Below are positions 1 to 10,909 of a stretch of 64,000 bases of DNA, piece after piece. The DNA comes from Candidatus Algichlamydia australiensis. GTDB taxonomy: Bacteria; Chlamydiota; Chlamydiia; Chlamydiales; JAJFMI01. The first letter of the stretch is position 1; each line of letters begins with the position of its first letter. Made by a program: the position numbers and the translations under genes. Where the stretch lies: the NCBI GenBank assembly GCA_033977065.1, contig JAXCHI010000003.1:640001-704000 (forward strand), written 5' to 3'. Under the pieces are notes generated by a model that ran no database searches, was not told where the DNA came from, and saw only the letters and a program-made list of their open reading frames with translations.

Positions 1-514
1 CATGTTGTCGTGAAACACTTAAATCCTGCAGGACAATATCACATGTATCAGGATCTTTTCCAATGATGAAGCTGCCCTCTTCCAAACCGAATTCTGCACC
101 TGCGTTAGGGCCAGAAATCACTTTGACACAAAAGCGCGCAGCTAAGCCAGGTGTAAATGAGAGAATGGGAGACTCTTCTTGAGGTTGCGAAAGAGAAGGA
201 GCGGAAACTTTTTCTGGTAAGGATGCGGTAAAGCGAAAAAATGTTCCACCAACTTGTAAAATGTCATCTTCAGAAAGAGTTGTTGGTTCAAAAAGTGCAT
301 TCCCATTTAGGGTTGCGGGATTAATTTCACTCGTGTTTTGTGCTACATACTCATCGCCTTCACGCGAGATTGTTAAGTGATGACGTGAAACAACGGGATC
401 TTCCAATACTTGGTTGGAGAGATCGGGATCGCGACCAATACGTATCTCCTCTTCATCTAAATTGATGATAAGGCCGGTGAGTGTACCTTCTTCTGCGACT
501 AAAAAAGCGCTCAT
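1..514 (-). CDS. cdsD: Type III secretion inner-membrane ring protein CdsD/SctD, 5' part (runs off window)
   Basis: Manual translation from ATG at 514: MSAFLVAEEGTLTG...IRIGRDPD...DPVVSRHH, then a second FHA (VISGPNAGAEF...IGKDPDTCDIVLQDLSVSRQH). Two FHA domains directly downstream of a CesT-type chaperone, as in the chlamydial scc4-cdsD operon. Not in ORF track. Confidence 0.88.
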   Translation of the reverse strand, partial: MSAFLVAEEGTLTGLIINLDEEEIRIGRDPDLSNQVLEDPVVSRHHLTISREGDEYVAQNTSEINPATLNGNALFEPTTLSEDDILQVGGTFFRFTASLPEKVSAPSLSQPQEESPILSFTPGLAARFCVKVISGPNAGAEFGLEEGSFIIGKDPDTCDIVLQDLSVSRQH

Positions 515-588
515 AATATTCTTTGAATTCGAGTCTTTATGATTTATTAATAATTAGATAAACCGTCTGCTAACTCACCACTATTATT

Positions 589-990
589 TCATATTGCGCC
601 ATTATCCGAAACTGTTTTGGACAAAAACATGCGCCAATAACCGAGGTAGTTTACAAAATTTTCAAGATCATCATGCAATACTTCTTTTGAAGCCTCAAAA
701 GGTTTGACAAAACGTAAAGTGATTTCTTTTTCATCTTTGGTCATACCGAGAATATTTCCACCAGTACCTTGTCCGAGTAAGTTTGCCTCCATTACATGCA
801 TCAAAGTATCTTCTTTGTTTTTTTGCGGAAGCTTCCCCGCTTTTGCAAAAAGTTCAAATCCCGGTTTAAGAGATTTAAGAGAGACCTTTACTTCAGGGTT
901 AATATGAACGGTAAACATCTCTTTCTTTTCTTTATCATCGAAAATAGTGAGGCCAACCTCATGCGCTAGTTCTAGTAATATTTCTTTCAT
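589..990 (-). CDS. CesT/Tir-family type III secretion chaperone (Scc4/CT663-like)
   Basis: 133 aa, MEANLLGQGTGGNILG motif and C-terminal LENFVNYLGYW helix; directly upstream of cdsD. Confidence 0.8.
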   Translation of the reverse strand: MKEILLELAHEVGLTIFDDKEKKEMFTVHINPEVKVSLKSLKPGFELFAKAGKLPQKNKEDTLMHVMEANLLGQGTGGNILGMTKDEKEITLRFVKPFEASKEVLHDDLENFVNYLGYWRMFLSKTVSDNGAI

Positions 991-1022
991 TTTGAATAGA
1001 CTTTTGAATTTACTTCTTCTAT

Positions 1023-1496
1023 ATGTTGGATAGAGAATTTGGAGATATTATGGAAGATGAGTTTAAGAAAATTTTGAAATTTTTTGATATGCCGATGGAA
1101 GAGAAGGCAGATAAACTCGATTCAGTTTTTGAAGAGACTTCCGTTTTTTTAGAGCGATTTAAGCATGTATTTGAGACAGGAACGCCTGAGGAAAAAAAGG
1201 CGATGATCGAAAAAGTACTTGAGCTGCAATCGCGGTTAAAGGGCGAAATGAAGCAACTAACAGAGGCTTCAGGGCTCACAGAAGAGCAAATTATGCAATT
1301 TGCGACAAACCCCAAAAATTTTAAAGAGGGGCAGTGGGACTCAATTGAATCGTCTCGAAAAAAGATTGAGGGACAGGCGAAAGATATCGCAAAAAATCTT
1401 CGCAAAGAGTTTGGTGGCAACAAGGATGAGGGCAGTGACGATGATGATAAGCCCCCATCAGCAGGTGGCGGCAAGAAGGGTTGGATTCCTGGCTAG
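1023..1496 (+). CDS. Hypothetical helical protein
   Basis: 157-aa ORF, K/E-rich; its TAG stop is the first bases of palindromic element A. Confidence 0.7.
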   Translation: MLDREFGDIMEDEFKKILKFFDMPMEEKADKLDSVFEETSVFLERFKHVFETGTPEEKKAMIEKVLELQSRLKGEMKQLTEASGLTEEQIMQFATNPKNFKEGQWDSIESSRKKIEGQAKDIAKNLRKEFGGNKDEGSDDDDKPPSAGGGKKGWIPG

Positions 1497-1660
1497 TACT
1501 TCGTAACAGAAATTTTTAGCATTATTTTTACGTCAAAGCCTCGGGATTGAACTATCGAAAATCACCTCGTATTTGATTAATACTAGGTGACTTGCGATAG
1601 CCCAATCGCGAGAGCTTTCACGTTAAAAAGAATAGTAAAAATTTCTGTTACAGAGTACTA
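1494..1660. mobile_element. Full-length palindromic MITE-like element, family A (167 bp)
   Basis: TAGTACTTCGTAACAGAAATTTTTA...TAAAAATTTCTGTTACAGAGTACTA; arms pair imperfectly to the centre (TCACCTCGTATT/AATACTAGGTGA); TA at both ends. Confidence 0.85.
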
Positions 1661-1881
1661 GTACTTTGTAACAGAAAAATTTTATTATCTAATTTAAAAA
1701 AACAGCCAATAGAGCGCATCGCGCGTTCATTCCCCACCCTCCACTTCGTTTCGGGTAGGGCCCCTTTCGCGTCGCTTGCGCGGCTGTTTTTTTTGTTTTG
1801 TAGAAAATTTTGTATGATCTAGACAGCGTCGTTAAATCCACGTGGTCACCTTATTTTGCACATTTGGGCTTCACTTTTACG
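1659..1881. repeat. Composite element A2: A-type end, GC-rich structured core and diverged B-type end
   Basis: Starts TAGTACTTTGTAACAG sharing the TA of element A; matches the reverse complement of about 35090-35446; 1820-1881 (TAGACAGCGTCGTTAAA...) resembles the family B left arm. Confidence 0.8.
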
Positions 1882-1883
1882 TT

Positions 1884-2595
1884 TTATAAGAGTTGGGGTT
1901 CTAGCAGGTTTTCCTGGGATAATTCATCGACAATAAGGTGAGTAGGAGTGTCGGGAAGATTTTTTAATTCTTTTTTTAGAAAGGTGGGAATAAGATGGAT
2001 TTTGTTTAATTGGTCTAAGTCAAACCATTTATACCTTAATGTAGTTTTCTCGTCTGAAAACTCTTCGGTTCCAATACCTTCCTTTTGAAAGTAGATAGGG
2101 GAATCCTTTTGAAGGTGTACTAGATAGTATAAAACAAGGTCATGATGGTTAATGTTTTTAGCAGAAAAGTGGTATAAGTCTTCTGTAAACCATAGCAGTC
2201 GATCAATAATAGGAACTTCACCAAGCTCTTCATAAATTTCTCTTTTTAAAGCTGTTTCAGAAGTTTCAAAAATTCCTGCTTTCCCTCCGGGAGTATACCA
2301 AAAATCAAAACGGTCTTCTTTAGAGAGTGTTTTCGAATGAACTTTCGTCGAGTTTTTGGATTATTTTGGCCGATTTTTGGACTCAATTTAAGAGGGGTAA
2401 TATCACCTTACGGATATGACCCTCTTAAATTGAGCCGAAAACTCGGCTCAAAAGAACCGAAAAATCGACTGAATTTTAATTCGAAGACACTCTCCTAACC
2501 AAAAGAATTTTATTCTCGTTAATAATAATTGACGCAACGCGATATCGAAAAGCACCATCTTTGCTTTTAATATGAATATCTCGAGGCTGCGACAT
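1884..2595 (-). pseudogene. Nudix hydrolase disrupted by palindromic element E
   Basis: Removing 2323-2497 (175 bp) gives 537 bp = 178 aa + stop: MSQPRDIHIKSKDGAFRYRVASIIINENKILLV|KEDRFDFWYTPGGKAGIFETSETALKREIYEELG, with an intact Gx5Ex7REUxEExG box. Confidence 0.9.
2321..2497. mobile_element. Full-length palindromic MITE-like element, family E (173 bp plus TA duplication)
   Basis: TA-GAGAGTGTTTTCGAAT...CTCAATTTAAGAGGG / CCCTCTTAAATTGAG...ATTCGAAGACACTCTCC-TA; TA duplication supported by ORF restoration. Confidence 0.92.
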
Positions 2596-2601
2596 TGAAT
2601 T

Positions 2602-3816
2602 TTAGCTTGCTTCTTCTTTTACAATTTCTGGATCAGCGTTTTCTGTTACACACTCTTTTGTGATGGTGATCTCTTTGATTGTAGGATCAGATGGTGTCTT
2701 GTACATCAAGTCAATGAGAAGACTTTCAACCATCATACGTAGAGCGCGCGCACCTGTACCTGCGTCTTTTGCTTTTTTTGCGATGGCAAAGAGGGCTTCA
2801 TCTGTAAAGTTTAGTTCTACATTATCCTCTTTAAAGAGAGATTTGTACTGGGAGATGATCGCATTTTTCGGTTTTGTAAGAATTTCAACGAGATCTTCAT
2901 GTGTAAGTTCTGCAAAGTGTGTAATGCTGTTGAAACGCCCGATAAATTCAGGGATTATTCCGAACTGGACAAGGTCAGAAGTCTCTACTTGTGAAAGAAG
3001 GTAGCTGCTCTCGTTGGGATCGAGATGTCGACTCTCTTCTAAGTCAAAGCCGATGACGCCTTTTCCCAGGCGTTTGGCAATGATTTTATCCAAGTTAACA
3101 AAAGCTCCACCCACGATAAATAGAATGTTTTCTGTATTGATTTTCAAATACTCTTGATTGGGGTGCTTGCGGCCTCCTTTTGGGGGGACATTGGCAACAG
3201 TTCCTTCAACAATTTTAAGAAGGGCTTGCTGCACGCCTTCACCAGAAACATCACGAGTGATAGAGACGTTAGAGGTTGTTTTGCGCAGTTTATCAATTTC
3301 ATCAATATAGATAATACCGTGTTCAGCCCAGCTCACATCGTATTCTGCATTTTGCAAAAGGCGGAGGATAATATTTTCGACATCTTCACCCACGTAGCCT
3401 GCTTCTGTAAGAGTCGTTGCATCAGCGATTGCAAAAGGAACATCCAAAATTTGCGCTAGTGTGCGTGCAATTAATGTCTTCCCTGAGCCGGTGGGTCCAA
3501 GGAGGAGCACGTTCGACTTTGAGTACTCGACTTCGCGGTTTTCTTGCATGGCGCGAATGCGTTTGTAGTGATTATAGACGGAGACAGAAATAGTGCGTTT
3601 TGCATCCTCTTGACCAATGATATACTTATCAAGTTGATCTTTGATCTCTTGTGGCTTGATTACCTTCAATTTATGCTTTGAAGGTTTTTTCATGACGATG
3701 TCCATACAAAGACGCACACATTTGTCACAAATATAGCAATTCGGTCCGGATATTAATTTTTCTACAATATTTTCTGCTCGTCCGCAAAAGGAGCAAGCGG
3801 GCTTTTGTTTGTTCAT
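2602..3816 (-). CDS. clpX: ATP-dependent Clp protease ATP-binding subunit ClpX
   Basis: CSFCG zinc finger, GPTGSGKT Walker [15 protein letters not shown]. Confidence 0.99.
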   Translation of the reverse strand: MNKQKPACSFCGRAENIVEKLISGPNCYICDKCVRLCMDIVMKKPSKHKLKVIKPQEIKDQLDKYIIGQEDAKRTISVSVYNHYKRIRAMQENREVEYSKSNVLLLGPTGSGKTLIARTLAQILDVPFAIADATTLTEAGYVGEDVENIILRLLQNAEYDVSWAEHGIIYIDEIDKLRKTTSNVSITRDVSGEGVQQALLKIVEGTVANVPPKGGRKHPNQEYLKINTENILFIVGGAFVNLDKIIAKRLGKGVIGFDLEESRHLDPNESSYLLSQVETSDLVQFGIIPEFIGRFNSITHFAELTHEDLVEILTKPKNAIISQYKSLFKEDNVELNFTDEALFAIAKKAKDAGTGARALRMMVESLLIDLMYKTPSDPTIKEITITKECVTENADPEIVKEEAS

Positions 3817-4451
3817 GGGGTAGTAGCTAATTCTACGGGTTCAACAACTTTATCGATAATTCCTAAAGGTCCATAATCGAGGGCTTCTTGCGGGTTCATA
3901 AAGAAATCGCGATCGGAGTCCTCTTGAACTTGCTCAACTGTTTTTCCAGTGTGAGTAGCAAGGATATTTGCGAGCATGGACTTTAATGTCAAAATTTCTT
4001 GAGCTTGTACGTGAATATCTGATGAGGTTCCGCCAACGCCTCCATGAGGTTGGTGGATCATAATACGAGAGTGGGGGAGAGCAAAGCGCTTTCCTTTTGT
4101 TCCAGCTGCAAGAAGGAGGGCGCCAAATGAGGCTGCCTGTCCAATGCAGTAAGTATTGATGTCGCAACCCAGGTAGCGCATTGTGTCGTAGATCGCAAGA
4201 CCTGCAGAGACGACTCCACCGGGAGAATTAATGTAAATATTCACATCTTTCTTGGCATCATCGGCGCGAAGGAAAATCAGCTGGGCAACAACGGCGTTGG
4301 CAACCTGATCGTTGATCTCTGTACCGATAAAAATGATGCGATCTTTTAGAAGACGCGAGTAGATGTCCATGGAACGCTCGCCTTGGCCTGTGTCCTCAAT
4401 AACGTAAGGGACTGAGTAGTAATTTTTTGGGCGATAGGGATCATTGCTCAT
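3813..4451 (-). CDS. clpP: ATP-dependent Clp protease proteolytic subunit
   Basis: [32 protein letters not shown]. Confidence 0.99.
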   Translation of the reverse strand: MSNDPYRPKNYYSVPYVIEDTGQGERSMDIYSRLLKDRIIFIGTEINDQVANAVVAQLIFLRADDAKKDVNIYINSPGGVVSAGLAIYDTMRYLGCDINTYCIGQAASFGALLLAAGTKGKRFALPHSRIMIHQPHGGVGGTSSDIHVQAQEILTLKSMLANILATHTGKTVEQVQEDSDRDFFMNPQEALDYGPLGIIDKVVEPVELATTP

Positions 4452-4501
4452 AGACTAAACCTCTTTTTCTTTTGCAGTATAGATACGATCATACAGAGGC
4501 G

Positions 4502-5776
4502 TCAAGAACTAAGAGTTTTGATCAAGTGATCTTGTGCTTTTTCCATTGTCAATCTTGAGTAGATTAAAGCTTCCTCTTCAGCTTGATTCTCCTTAGGAGC
4601 TTGCGCTAAGGCTTGAGCGATCTCTTCATCAGAAATCTTAATTCCTTCATCTTTCACAACTTTGCGGCAGATATAAAAGAGGCGAATAGCGCGTTCAGCT
4701 TCCTCTTTTAGATCATCAACTGCTTTTTTACGCTCCTCTTCACTCATCGCTTGCCACTCTTTCAAAAATTTTGGATCAGAGAGTAGCGAGCGTAGGCGGT
4801 AGTGGGTCTCTTTCTGTGTCAAAGATGATGGGGTTTCGAAAGGAAATGTTTCGACTAGTAGCTTTGAGATCTGCTCGCGATCTTTCTTTGCCGCAAACTC
4901 TTCGCCATGGCGAGTTAAAACTTCTTTTATATGATTGCGGAAGGCTTCGGGATCCTTTGCGCCAACTTTTTTGCAGAATTCATCATTAACCTCAGGGAGA
5001 TGTGCTTCCTCAATCCGTTGGACCGTTAAGCGAACTTTCTTCGGCTTAAAATCCTTCTTTTCTTCTTCGGTAAGGTGGTCGTCAGGTTCACTGATACCCT
5101 CTTTAGATTCACCTGTTTTTAAGCCCATAGCAAGATCTTGAATCCACTTGGCAGTCTTCTTCTCTCGCATTTCAAGACGGATAGAGCTAAAAGCTTTCTC
5201 TGGAGGATCTTTCTCCATGTCTTCAATGTCGGCCAAAATGTAATCGTTTTCTTTTACGGCGCGATCGGTGATCTCTTTCCAGTCTGCGTAAACAAGGAGA
5301 ATTTCGCGCAAACCACTGTCTACTTTTTCTTCTGTGATTTCGGGTTGTTCGGCCTTTTCAAACTTCATGGCCTCTTTTTTAATTTCAGGGACTACAGGTT
5401 CTGTCTCAAAGTTGATGGTGAAGGAGAGCTCTTCAGTTGTGGAAAAATTCTCCATATTAAATTGAATGGGAGTCTCGCGACTTTGAAGAGGAATATTAAT
5501 TTTTTCTTGAGCTTCGTCAAACGCGAGCTTAGCAAGTTTTTTCTTTGCTTCCTCGGTAAGGGCTTTTGCATAATTTTTTCGAATAAGATGAGCGGGAGCT
5601 TTGCCCTTGCGAAAACCGGGGATAGAGACCTCTTTAGCAATCACTTTTACGGCTAGGTCTTCCGCTTTTTCAGCAAGTTTTGCGCTACTTTTAATTTTTA
5701 GTTCGACCAGGCAATCAGGCTTGCGGTCAATTTCAAATTCTAAGTTTTCTGTTTTCTCTTTTGCTTTTGTATTCAT
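4502..5776 (-). CDS. tig: Trigger factor
   Basis: IPGFRKGKAP ribosome-binding signature; tig-clpP-clpX order. Confidence 0.95.
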   Translation of the reverse strand: MNTKAKEKTENLEFEIDRKPDCLVELKIKSSAKLAEKAEDLAVKVIAKEVSIPGFRKGKAPAHLIRKNYAKALTEEAKKKLAKLAFDEAQEKINIPLQSRETPIQFNMENFSTTEELSFTINFETEPVVPEIKKEAMKFEKAEQPEITEEKVDSGLREILLVYADWKEITDRAVKENDYILADIEDMEKDPPEKAFSSIRLEMREKKTAKWIQDLAMGLKTGESKEGISEPDDHLTEEEKKDFKPKKVRLTVQRIEEAHLPEVNDEFCKKVGAKDPEAFRNHIKEVLTRHGEEFAAKKDREQISKLLVETFPFETPSSLTQKETHYRLRSLLSDPKFLKEWQAMSEEERKKAVDDLKEEAERAIRLFYICRKVVKDEGIKISDEEIAQALAQAPKENQAEEEALIYSRLTMEKAQDHLIKTLSS

Positions 5777-5798
5777 GGGATAAATTGAATGAAGGATA

Positions 5799-5870
5799 AG
5801 CGGGTGATGAGATTTGAACTCACGACCCTCACGTTGGCAACGTGATGCTCTACCACTGAGCTACACCCGC
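5799..5870 (-). tRNA. tRNA-Gly(GCC)
   Basis: Reverse complement GCGGGTGTAGCTCAGTGGTAGAGCATCACGTTGCCAACGTGAGGGTCGTGAGTTCAAATCTCATCACCCGC forms a cloverleaf. Confidence 0.97.
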
Positions 5871-5888
5871 AGTTGTTCGATAGATTTT

Positions 5889-5918
5889 ATGATAGCGTTA
5901 AGGGGGTGTAAAAGTCAA
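5889..5918 (-). promoter_or_regulatory. Sigma66-type promoter for tRNA-Gly (probably also tig-clpP-clpX)
   Basis: TTGACT-N18-TATCAT just upstream of the tRNA. Confidence 0.55.
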
Positions 5919-6015
5919 TGCAATTTTCAACCCTTTGCGCCTCTATAAAGTATTTTTTTTGTTTTTTTTCTGGTTTTTCCTTGCAGGTTGCGCTAACATT
6001 CGCTAAAAATAGTAA

Positions 6016-6340
6016 CCTGAGTTGTTAACCAATTTCTCCTGCAAAGAGAAAGGGTTTCGATGAGATGTTTCGTTTCAAATTAAAGGAGTGTTAGATAGCG
6101 TCGTCAAAAGCATACAACCATCTTATTTTTCATGTTTGGGCTCCATTTTTGTGCTCAAATGAAGCGGAATTTACAAATTCAGCTTCAATTTCCGCACAAA
6201 AATAAGCTGCAAACATGAAAAATAATCTGATTATAGCCTTTTGACGACGCTATCTAAATGATCATTTCTGAAATTTTGAACGAAATAGATCGCGAAAAAA
6301 CTCCTCCCAGAGTGGGGGGGGAAGGGGTAGCAACTTGAGT
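6016..6340. mobile_element. Palindromic element family C (about 162 bp) interrupted in its loop by a family B copy
   Basis: CCTGAGTTGTTAACCAATTTCTCCT...AAAGGAGTGT[B]AATGATCATTTCTGAA...TAGCAACTTGAG; aligns with the reverse complement of uninterrupted 39038-39194. Confidence 0.8.
6092..6256 (+). mobile_element. Palindromic MITE-like element family B, copy 1 (165 bp incl. both TA)
   Basis: TAGATAGCGTCGTCAAAAG...CTTTTGACGACGCTATCTA; near-identical to 13840-14004 (inverted) and 27128-27292. Confidence 0.95.
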
Positions 6341-6377
6341 GGGTAAGTACTCTAACCAATAGGGACCAAATACGAGA

Positions 6378-9300
6378 ATGCTCAACTTTCGAAAACTAAA
6401 GCAAGATTTCTCTTCATCCACACTGCAAGAAGGGAAGGCAATTTACGATGAAAAAAAAGTGCAGTCTGCAAAGATTTTAGAGCTAGACGGGGCGATTGTT
6501 CGCATCCAAGCGATGATTGCGGGGCAGTTTGAAAAAGATTACTCGAGTGAGATTGAGATCGATCGTTCTGAGTGCGAAACGATCGACTCAAACTGCGACT
6601 GTCCCTATCACTGCGATTGTCAGCATTTAGCAGCTCTTCTCTTTTACTTGGAAGATAATTTGGATGAAATTCTGGTCAATTATTCCAACGAGAACGATAT
6701 GGAAGAGCACGAAGAGCTCTTGGAAGTTGTTAAAGAAGCCCAGGACAAGCAAGAGCAAAAACTTGATGAGGAGTATCGAAAACAGCTAATTGAGGAGTAT
6801 GCGCTCTCTTCAAAAGTTCTTTCCACCTCGCCCTTTTTTGTTCAAGAAGACAAAAAAGCACCAGAGCGTGCGGAGCTTGCTGTTTTTTTCTCCATGGAGA
6901 AAAAGGGGGTCCAGGTGCAGCTTGCCATGCGTCTTCCGTCGCGCTCCAAGCCGCTTCATATTCCAGAAATTTTTGCATTTGCTGATAGTGTTTGCTTTGA
7001 AGAACCAATTGAAATTGGTGGTAAACAGTACTTTTTCACTTATGATACTTTTCCTGAGCCGCAGCAAGAAATTTTGCGCCTTATCTTTGCCCATATGCGT
7101 CCGCTTCCTGGCAAAGAGAGTGAGAAGGCAAAGAAGTGCGGTGTGATTGAAAAAAAGACTTTTGGTGCTATTTTAGCCAAAGCGTATGCAATTGGGAAAG
7201 AGTGGATGCGAGGACACCCAGGCCGGTTCAGTGATGATGAACTCCCACGCCTTCCCTGCTTTTTTGAAGGGGGACTTGAGTCGCCTTTGCACTACTCTCT
7301 TAAACCTGCGCAGTTTGAGGTTGAGCTTGAGTATATCCAACCACCAGCTAAAAAAATTCTACTTAATCCAAGGCTTGACTTGGATGGAAAGCAGACAACT
7401 CTTGAAGAGGTTGAGTTTTTTCGCTCTCCAGAGCCGGGATTGCTGCACGATCACACTTATTGGCACTTCGATAAGACAATTACGCGTCGCCACTTAGAGG
7501 ATCTCTCCTCACTGCGTGAAATCACGATTCCAGAGCCGCTCTTTGGAACATTTGTAGAAAACTCTCTATCTGAACTCTTAAGCGTTGCGAAGGTAGCTGG
7601 GACAAAAATTTTGGAGAATTTCACGACTCTACCCTTTGTCGGAGAGTTGAAAGCGCGTTGTGACATCTCCTATCTAGAGGGGGAGTTTGATGCAACGCTT
7701 ACCTTCCTCTACGATGACCGTGAAGTGCCTGCAGCAAGGGCGATTTTGAATGGGGATCATGTCGAGCATTTTGTTACAGAAGAGGGAATCATTGCGCGTG
7801 ACCTCGTGGCAGAGCACAAGATTATCAAAGCCCTCTTTTCCGAATTTATCTTTTCAGAAGAGCAGGGGATCTTTATTGCCGGATCTGAAAAAGTCATTAT
7901 TGAGTTTATGACCGATATCATTCCGCGCTTCCAAGATCGCATCACTTTTAACTGCCCGCAAAATCTTCTCGATCAATTTATTTATGACGAAAGCCATTTC
8001 ACCTTAAAACTTTCTGAAACAGATCGGATGGATCTCTATGAGATTGATTTGAAAGTAGAGGGAAGCTTGAGGGGAGTTTTCTTAGAAGAGTTATGGGATT
8101 GCATTCTTTGTAAAAGGCCCTTTCTTGAGCTCAAATCTTCGAAAAAGAAGAGCGAGGCGAAGTTGCCAAAAATTTTAGTATTAAATTTGGATGTTGTGAC
8201 CGAATTCACGCAACTCTTTGATGAGCTAGGAATTGAAAAACTTGCGAACAAAAAGATCAAACGCCCTCTTTGGAGCTTGGCCAATATTGATGGGTCTCAA
8301 TTTGAGAGTCTGCCAGTTACCTTTACGATGACAGAGCGACTTCAAGAGATTCGTCAGCAGATGCTAGGAGTAAAACCCTTTGACTTTAGCGGTATACCAA
8401 AAGAGATTAAAGCAGATCTGCGCCCTTATCAGGTTGAGGGTGTGCAGTGGCTGGAGCGGCTGCGTTCGATGTATTTGAATGGAATTTTAGCAGATGATAT
8501 GGGTCTTGGAAAAACGCTGCAAGCCATTACTGCATTGACACAGAGTGGGATTGAACGCACAGCAATGGTTGTTTGCCCCACATCGCTTCTCTACAACTGG
8601 ATGGAAGAGCTGCACAAGTTCAATCCTAAAATTCGCGCGCTTGTCATCGATGGAATCCCGACACAAAGGAAAAAAATCATTGAGGGCCTAACAGATTACG
8701 ATGTGGTGATTACTTCCTACTCGCTTCTCCAAAAAGATATTGATCACTATCAGGAGATCCAATTCTCCTACCTTATTCTCGATGAAGCGCAACACATTAA
8801 AAACCGCGGTACACGGAACGCCAAATCGGTTAAGCAGGTTGGAGCAGACTATCGTCTCATCCTTTCTGGAACGCCAATTGAAAATTCCCTTGACGAGCTT
8901 TGGAGTCTCTTTGACTTCTTGATGCCCGGATTTTTGAGCTCGTATGAGCGCTTCATTGAGAAGTATGTGCGCGTCTCAAGAGAAGAACAAACAAAAAATT
9001 TGGCTTACCTCAAAAAGAAAGTCTCTCCATTTATTTTAAGACGCATGAAGGCAGACGTATTAAAAGATCTTCCTCCTGTTTCAGAAATTGTCTACCACTG
9101 CCAGCTTTCAAACGAGCAGAAAGAGCTCTATCGCTCCTATGCAAAATCGGCACGTGATGAATTGACCAAACTTGTGGAGCGCGATGGCTTTGATAAAGTC
9201 CAAATCCACGTTTTGGCTACCCTCACAAGGCTTAAGCAAATCTGCTGCCACCCCGCTATTTTTGCCAAAGAGCATCCAGAAGCTGGAGACTCTGCCAAGT

Positions 9301-9800
9301 ATGAAATGCTTCTTGAACTTTTAGAGACATTAATTGAAGGGGGTCACAAGACCGTCATCTTCTCGCAATACACCAAGATGCTCAAAATTATGCGCGATGA
9401 CTTTGATCGAAAAGGGATTCGCTACTCCTATCTTGACGGCACAAGTAAAAATCGCTTGGAAATTGTTGATGAGTTCAACAACGATAAAGAGATTCCAATC
9501 TTCCTCGTCTCCCTCAAAGCGGGTGGGACCGGCCTTAACCTTGTTGGCGCCGATACGGTTATCCACTACGATATGTGGTGGAACCCTGCTGTCGAGTCGC
9601 AAGCAACAGACCGCGTGCACCGTATGGGGCAAAAACAAGCAGTCTCTGTCTATAAGCTGATTACACTCTCCTCCATTGAAGAAAAAATTGTAGAGCTACA
9701 AAATCGCAAAAAGGGGATTGTAAAAAAAGTCGTGAGCTGCGATGAAGAGGCCATTGCCAAGTTAACTTGGGAAGATGTCCTTGAATTACTACAGACTTGA
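6378..9800 (+). CDS. SWIM zinc finger / SNF2-family helicase (CT708-like)
   Basis: [47 protein letters not shown]. Confidence 0.95.
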   Translation: MLNFRKLKQDFSSSTLQEGKAIYDEKKVQSAKILELDGAIVRIQAMIAGQFEKDYSSEIEIDRSECETIDSNCDCPYHCDCQHLAALLFYLEDNLDEILVNYSNENDMEEHEELLEVVKEAQDKQEQKLDEEYRKQLIEEYALSSKVLSTSPFFVQEDKKAPERAELAVFFSMEKKGVQVQLAMRLPSRSKPLHIPEIFAFADSVCFEEPIEIGGKQYFFTYDTFPEPQQEILRLIFAHMRPLPGKESEKAKKCGVIEKKTFGAILAKAYAIGKEWMRGHPGRFSDDELPRLPCFFEGGLESPLHYSLKPAQFEVELEYIQPPAKKILLNPRLDLDGKQTTLEEVEFFRSPEPGLLHDHTYWHFDKTITRRHLEDLSSLREITIPEPLFGTFVENSLSELLSVAKVAGTKILENFTTLPFVGELKARCDISYLEGEFDATLTFLYDDREVPAARAILNGDHVEHFVTEEGIIARDLVAEHKIIKALFSEFIFSEEQGIFIAGSEKVIIEFMTDIIPRFQDRITFNCPQNLLDQFIYDESHFTLKLSETDRMDLYEIDLKVEGSLRGVFLEELWDCILCKRPFLELKSSKKKSEAKLPKILVLNLDVVTEFTQLFDELGIEKLANKKIKRPLWSLANIDGSQFESLPVTFTMTERLQEIRQQMLGVKPFDFSGIPKEIKADLRPYQVEGVQWLERLRSMYLNGILADDMGLGKTLQAITALTQSGIERTAMVVCPTSLLYNWMEELHKFNPKIRALVIDGIPTQRKKIIEGLTDYDVVITSYSLLQKDIDHYQEIQFSYLILDEAQHIKNRGTRNAKSVKQVGADYRLILSGTPIENSLDELWSLFDFLMPGFLSSYERFIEKYVRVSREEQTKNLAYLKKKVSPFILRRMKADVLKDLPPVSEIVYHCQLSNEQKELYRSYAKSARDELTKLVERDGFDKVQIHVLATLTRLKQICCHPAIFAKEHPEAGDSAKYEMLLELLETLIEGGHKTVIFSQYTKMLKIMRDDFDRKGIRYSYLDGTSKNRLEIVDEFNNDKEIPIFLVSLKAGGTGLNLVGADTVIHYDMWWNPAVESQATDRVHRMGQKQAVSVYKLITLSSIEEKIVELQNRKKGIVKKVVSCDEEAIAKLTWEDVLELLQT

Positions 9801-9820
9801 TGCTAACATGGGGATCACCT

Positions 9821-10909
9821 ATGAAAAACAGATCTGAGCTCCTGACGCTCAAAAAAATTGGCCAAATTCTCCTAAGCAAATGGACCGGCTTAACCGGGTA
9901 TTTCTCTAGTGATATTGGAATTGACTTAGGAACGGCAAACACACTCGTTTACGTGCGCGGGAAGGGCATTGTCCTTGCTGAACCCTCCGTTGTTGCCGTT
10001 GATTCGCTTACGAATGAAGTTCACGCTGTTGGTCATAAAGCCAAAGCGATGCTTGGAAAAACCCCTCGCAAAATTCACGCTGTACGCCCGATGAAAGACG
10101 GAGTCATCGCTGACTTCGAGATCGCAGAAGGAATGCTCAAGGCCCTCATAAGGCGCGTTACACCTAACCGATCGTTTTTTAGACCAAAAATTTTAATTGC
10201 CGTCCCTTCTGGAATTACAGGAGTGGAAAAGCGCGCTGTTGAAGATTCTGCTTTGCGCGCGGGTGCTCAAGAAGTGATTCTCATTGAAGAGCCGATGGCG
10301 GCAGCTATTGGAGTCGATCTTCCCGTACATGAACCATCCGGTAATATGATCGTGGACATTGGTGGGGGAACAACGGAGATTGCGATTATTTCTTTGGGCG
10401 GGATTGTAGAATCTCGTTCACTTCGCATTGGTGGAGATGAGTTCGATGAGTGCATCATCAACTACATGCGTCGCACCTACAATCTCATGATTGGTCCAAG
10501 AACAGCTGAAGAGATTAAGATGACCATTGGATCAGCTTACCCACTTGGCGACAATGAGCTAGAAATGGAAGTGCGTGGTCGCGACCAAGTTGCTGGCCTC
10601 CCGATCACAAAACGGATCAACTCCGTTGAAATTCGCGAATGCTTAGCTGAGCCTATCCAACAAATCATCGAGACCATCAAACTCACACTTGAAAAGTGTC
10701 CACCTGAACTTGCAGCTGACCTTGTCGAATGCGGCATGGTACTTGCTGGTGGTGGCGCGCTGATCAAAGGAATTGACAAAGCGCTCATCAAAGAGTGCGG
10801 TCTTCCCGTTATTGTTGCCTCAAGTCCACTGCTTGCTGTTTGCATGGGAACAGGAAAAGCGCTAGAATATCTGGATAAGCTAAAGAAAAGTAAATCCGCA
10901 GTGGCATGA
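9821..10909 (+). CDS. mreB: Rod shape-determining protein MreB
   Basis: [33 protein letters not shown] at 9821 preferred over TTG at 9797. Confidence 0.98.
   Translation: MKNRSELLTLKKIGQILLSKWTGLTGYFSSDIGIDLGTANTLVYVRGKGIVLAEPSVVAVDSLTNEVHAVGHKAKAMLGKTPRKIHAVRPMKDGVIADFEIAEGMLKALIRRVTPNRSFFRPKILIAVPSGITGVEKRAVEDSALRAGAQEVILIEEPMAAAIGVDLPVHEPSGNMIVDIGGGTTEIAIISLGGIVESRSLRIGGDEFDECIINYMRRTYNLMIGPRTAEEIKMTIGSAYPLGDNELEMEVRGRDQVAGLPITKRINSVEIRECLAEPIQQIIETIKLTLEKCPPELAADLVECGMVLAGGGALIKGIDKALIKECGLPVIVASSPLLAVCMGTGKALEYLDKLKKSKSAVA

Noticed and set aside
1019..1474. Long antisense or shadow ORFs (also 5138-5656, 10537-10998, 41762-42199, 54982-55545, 55723-56334)
   Set aside because: They overlap well-supported genes on the opposite strand and show no recognisable motifs.
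6092..6256. Integron attC sites or REP/BIME interpretation of the palindromes
   Set aside because: No consistent RYYYAAC/GTTRRRY ends or cassette spacing; units are far longer than REPs, and two insert inside genes with TA duplication.
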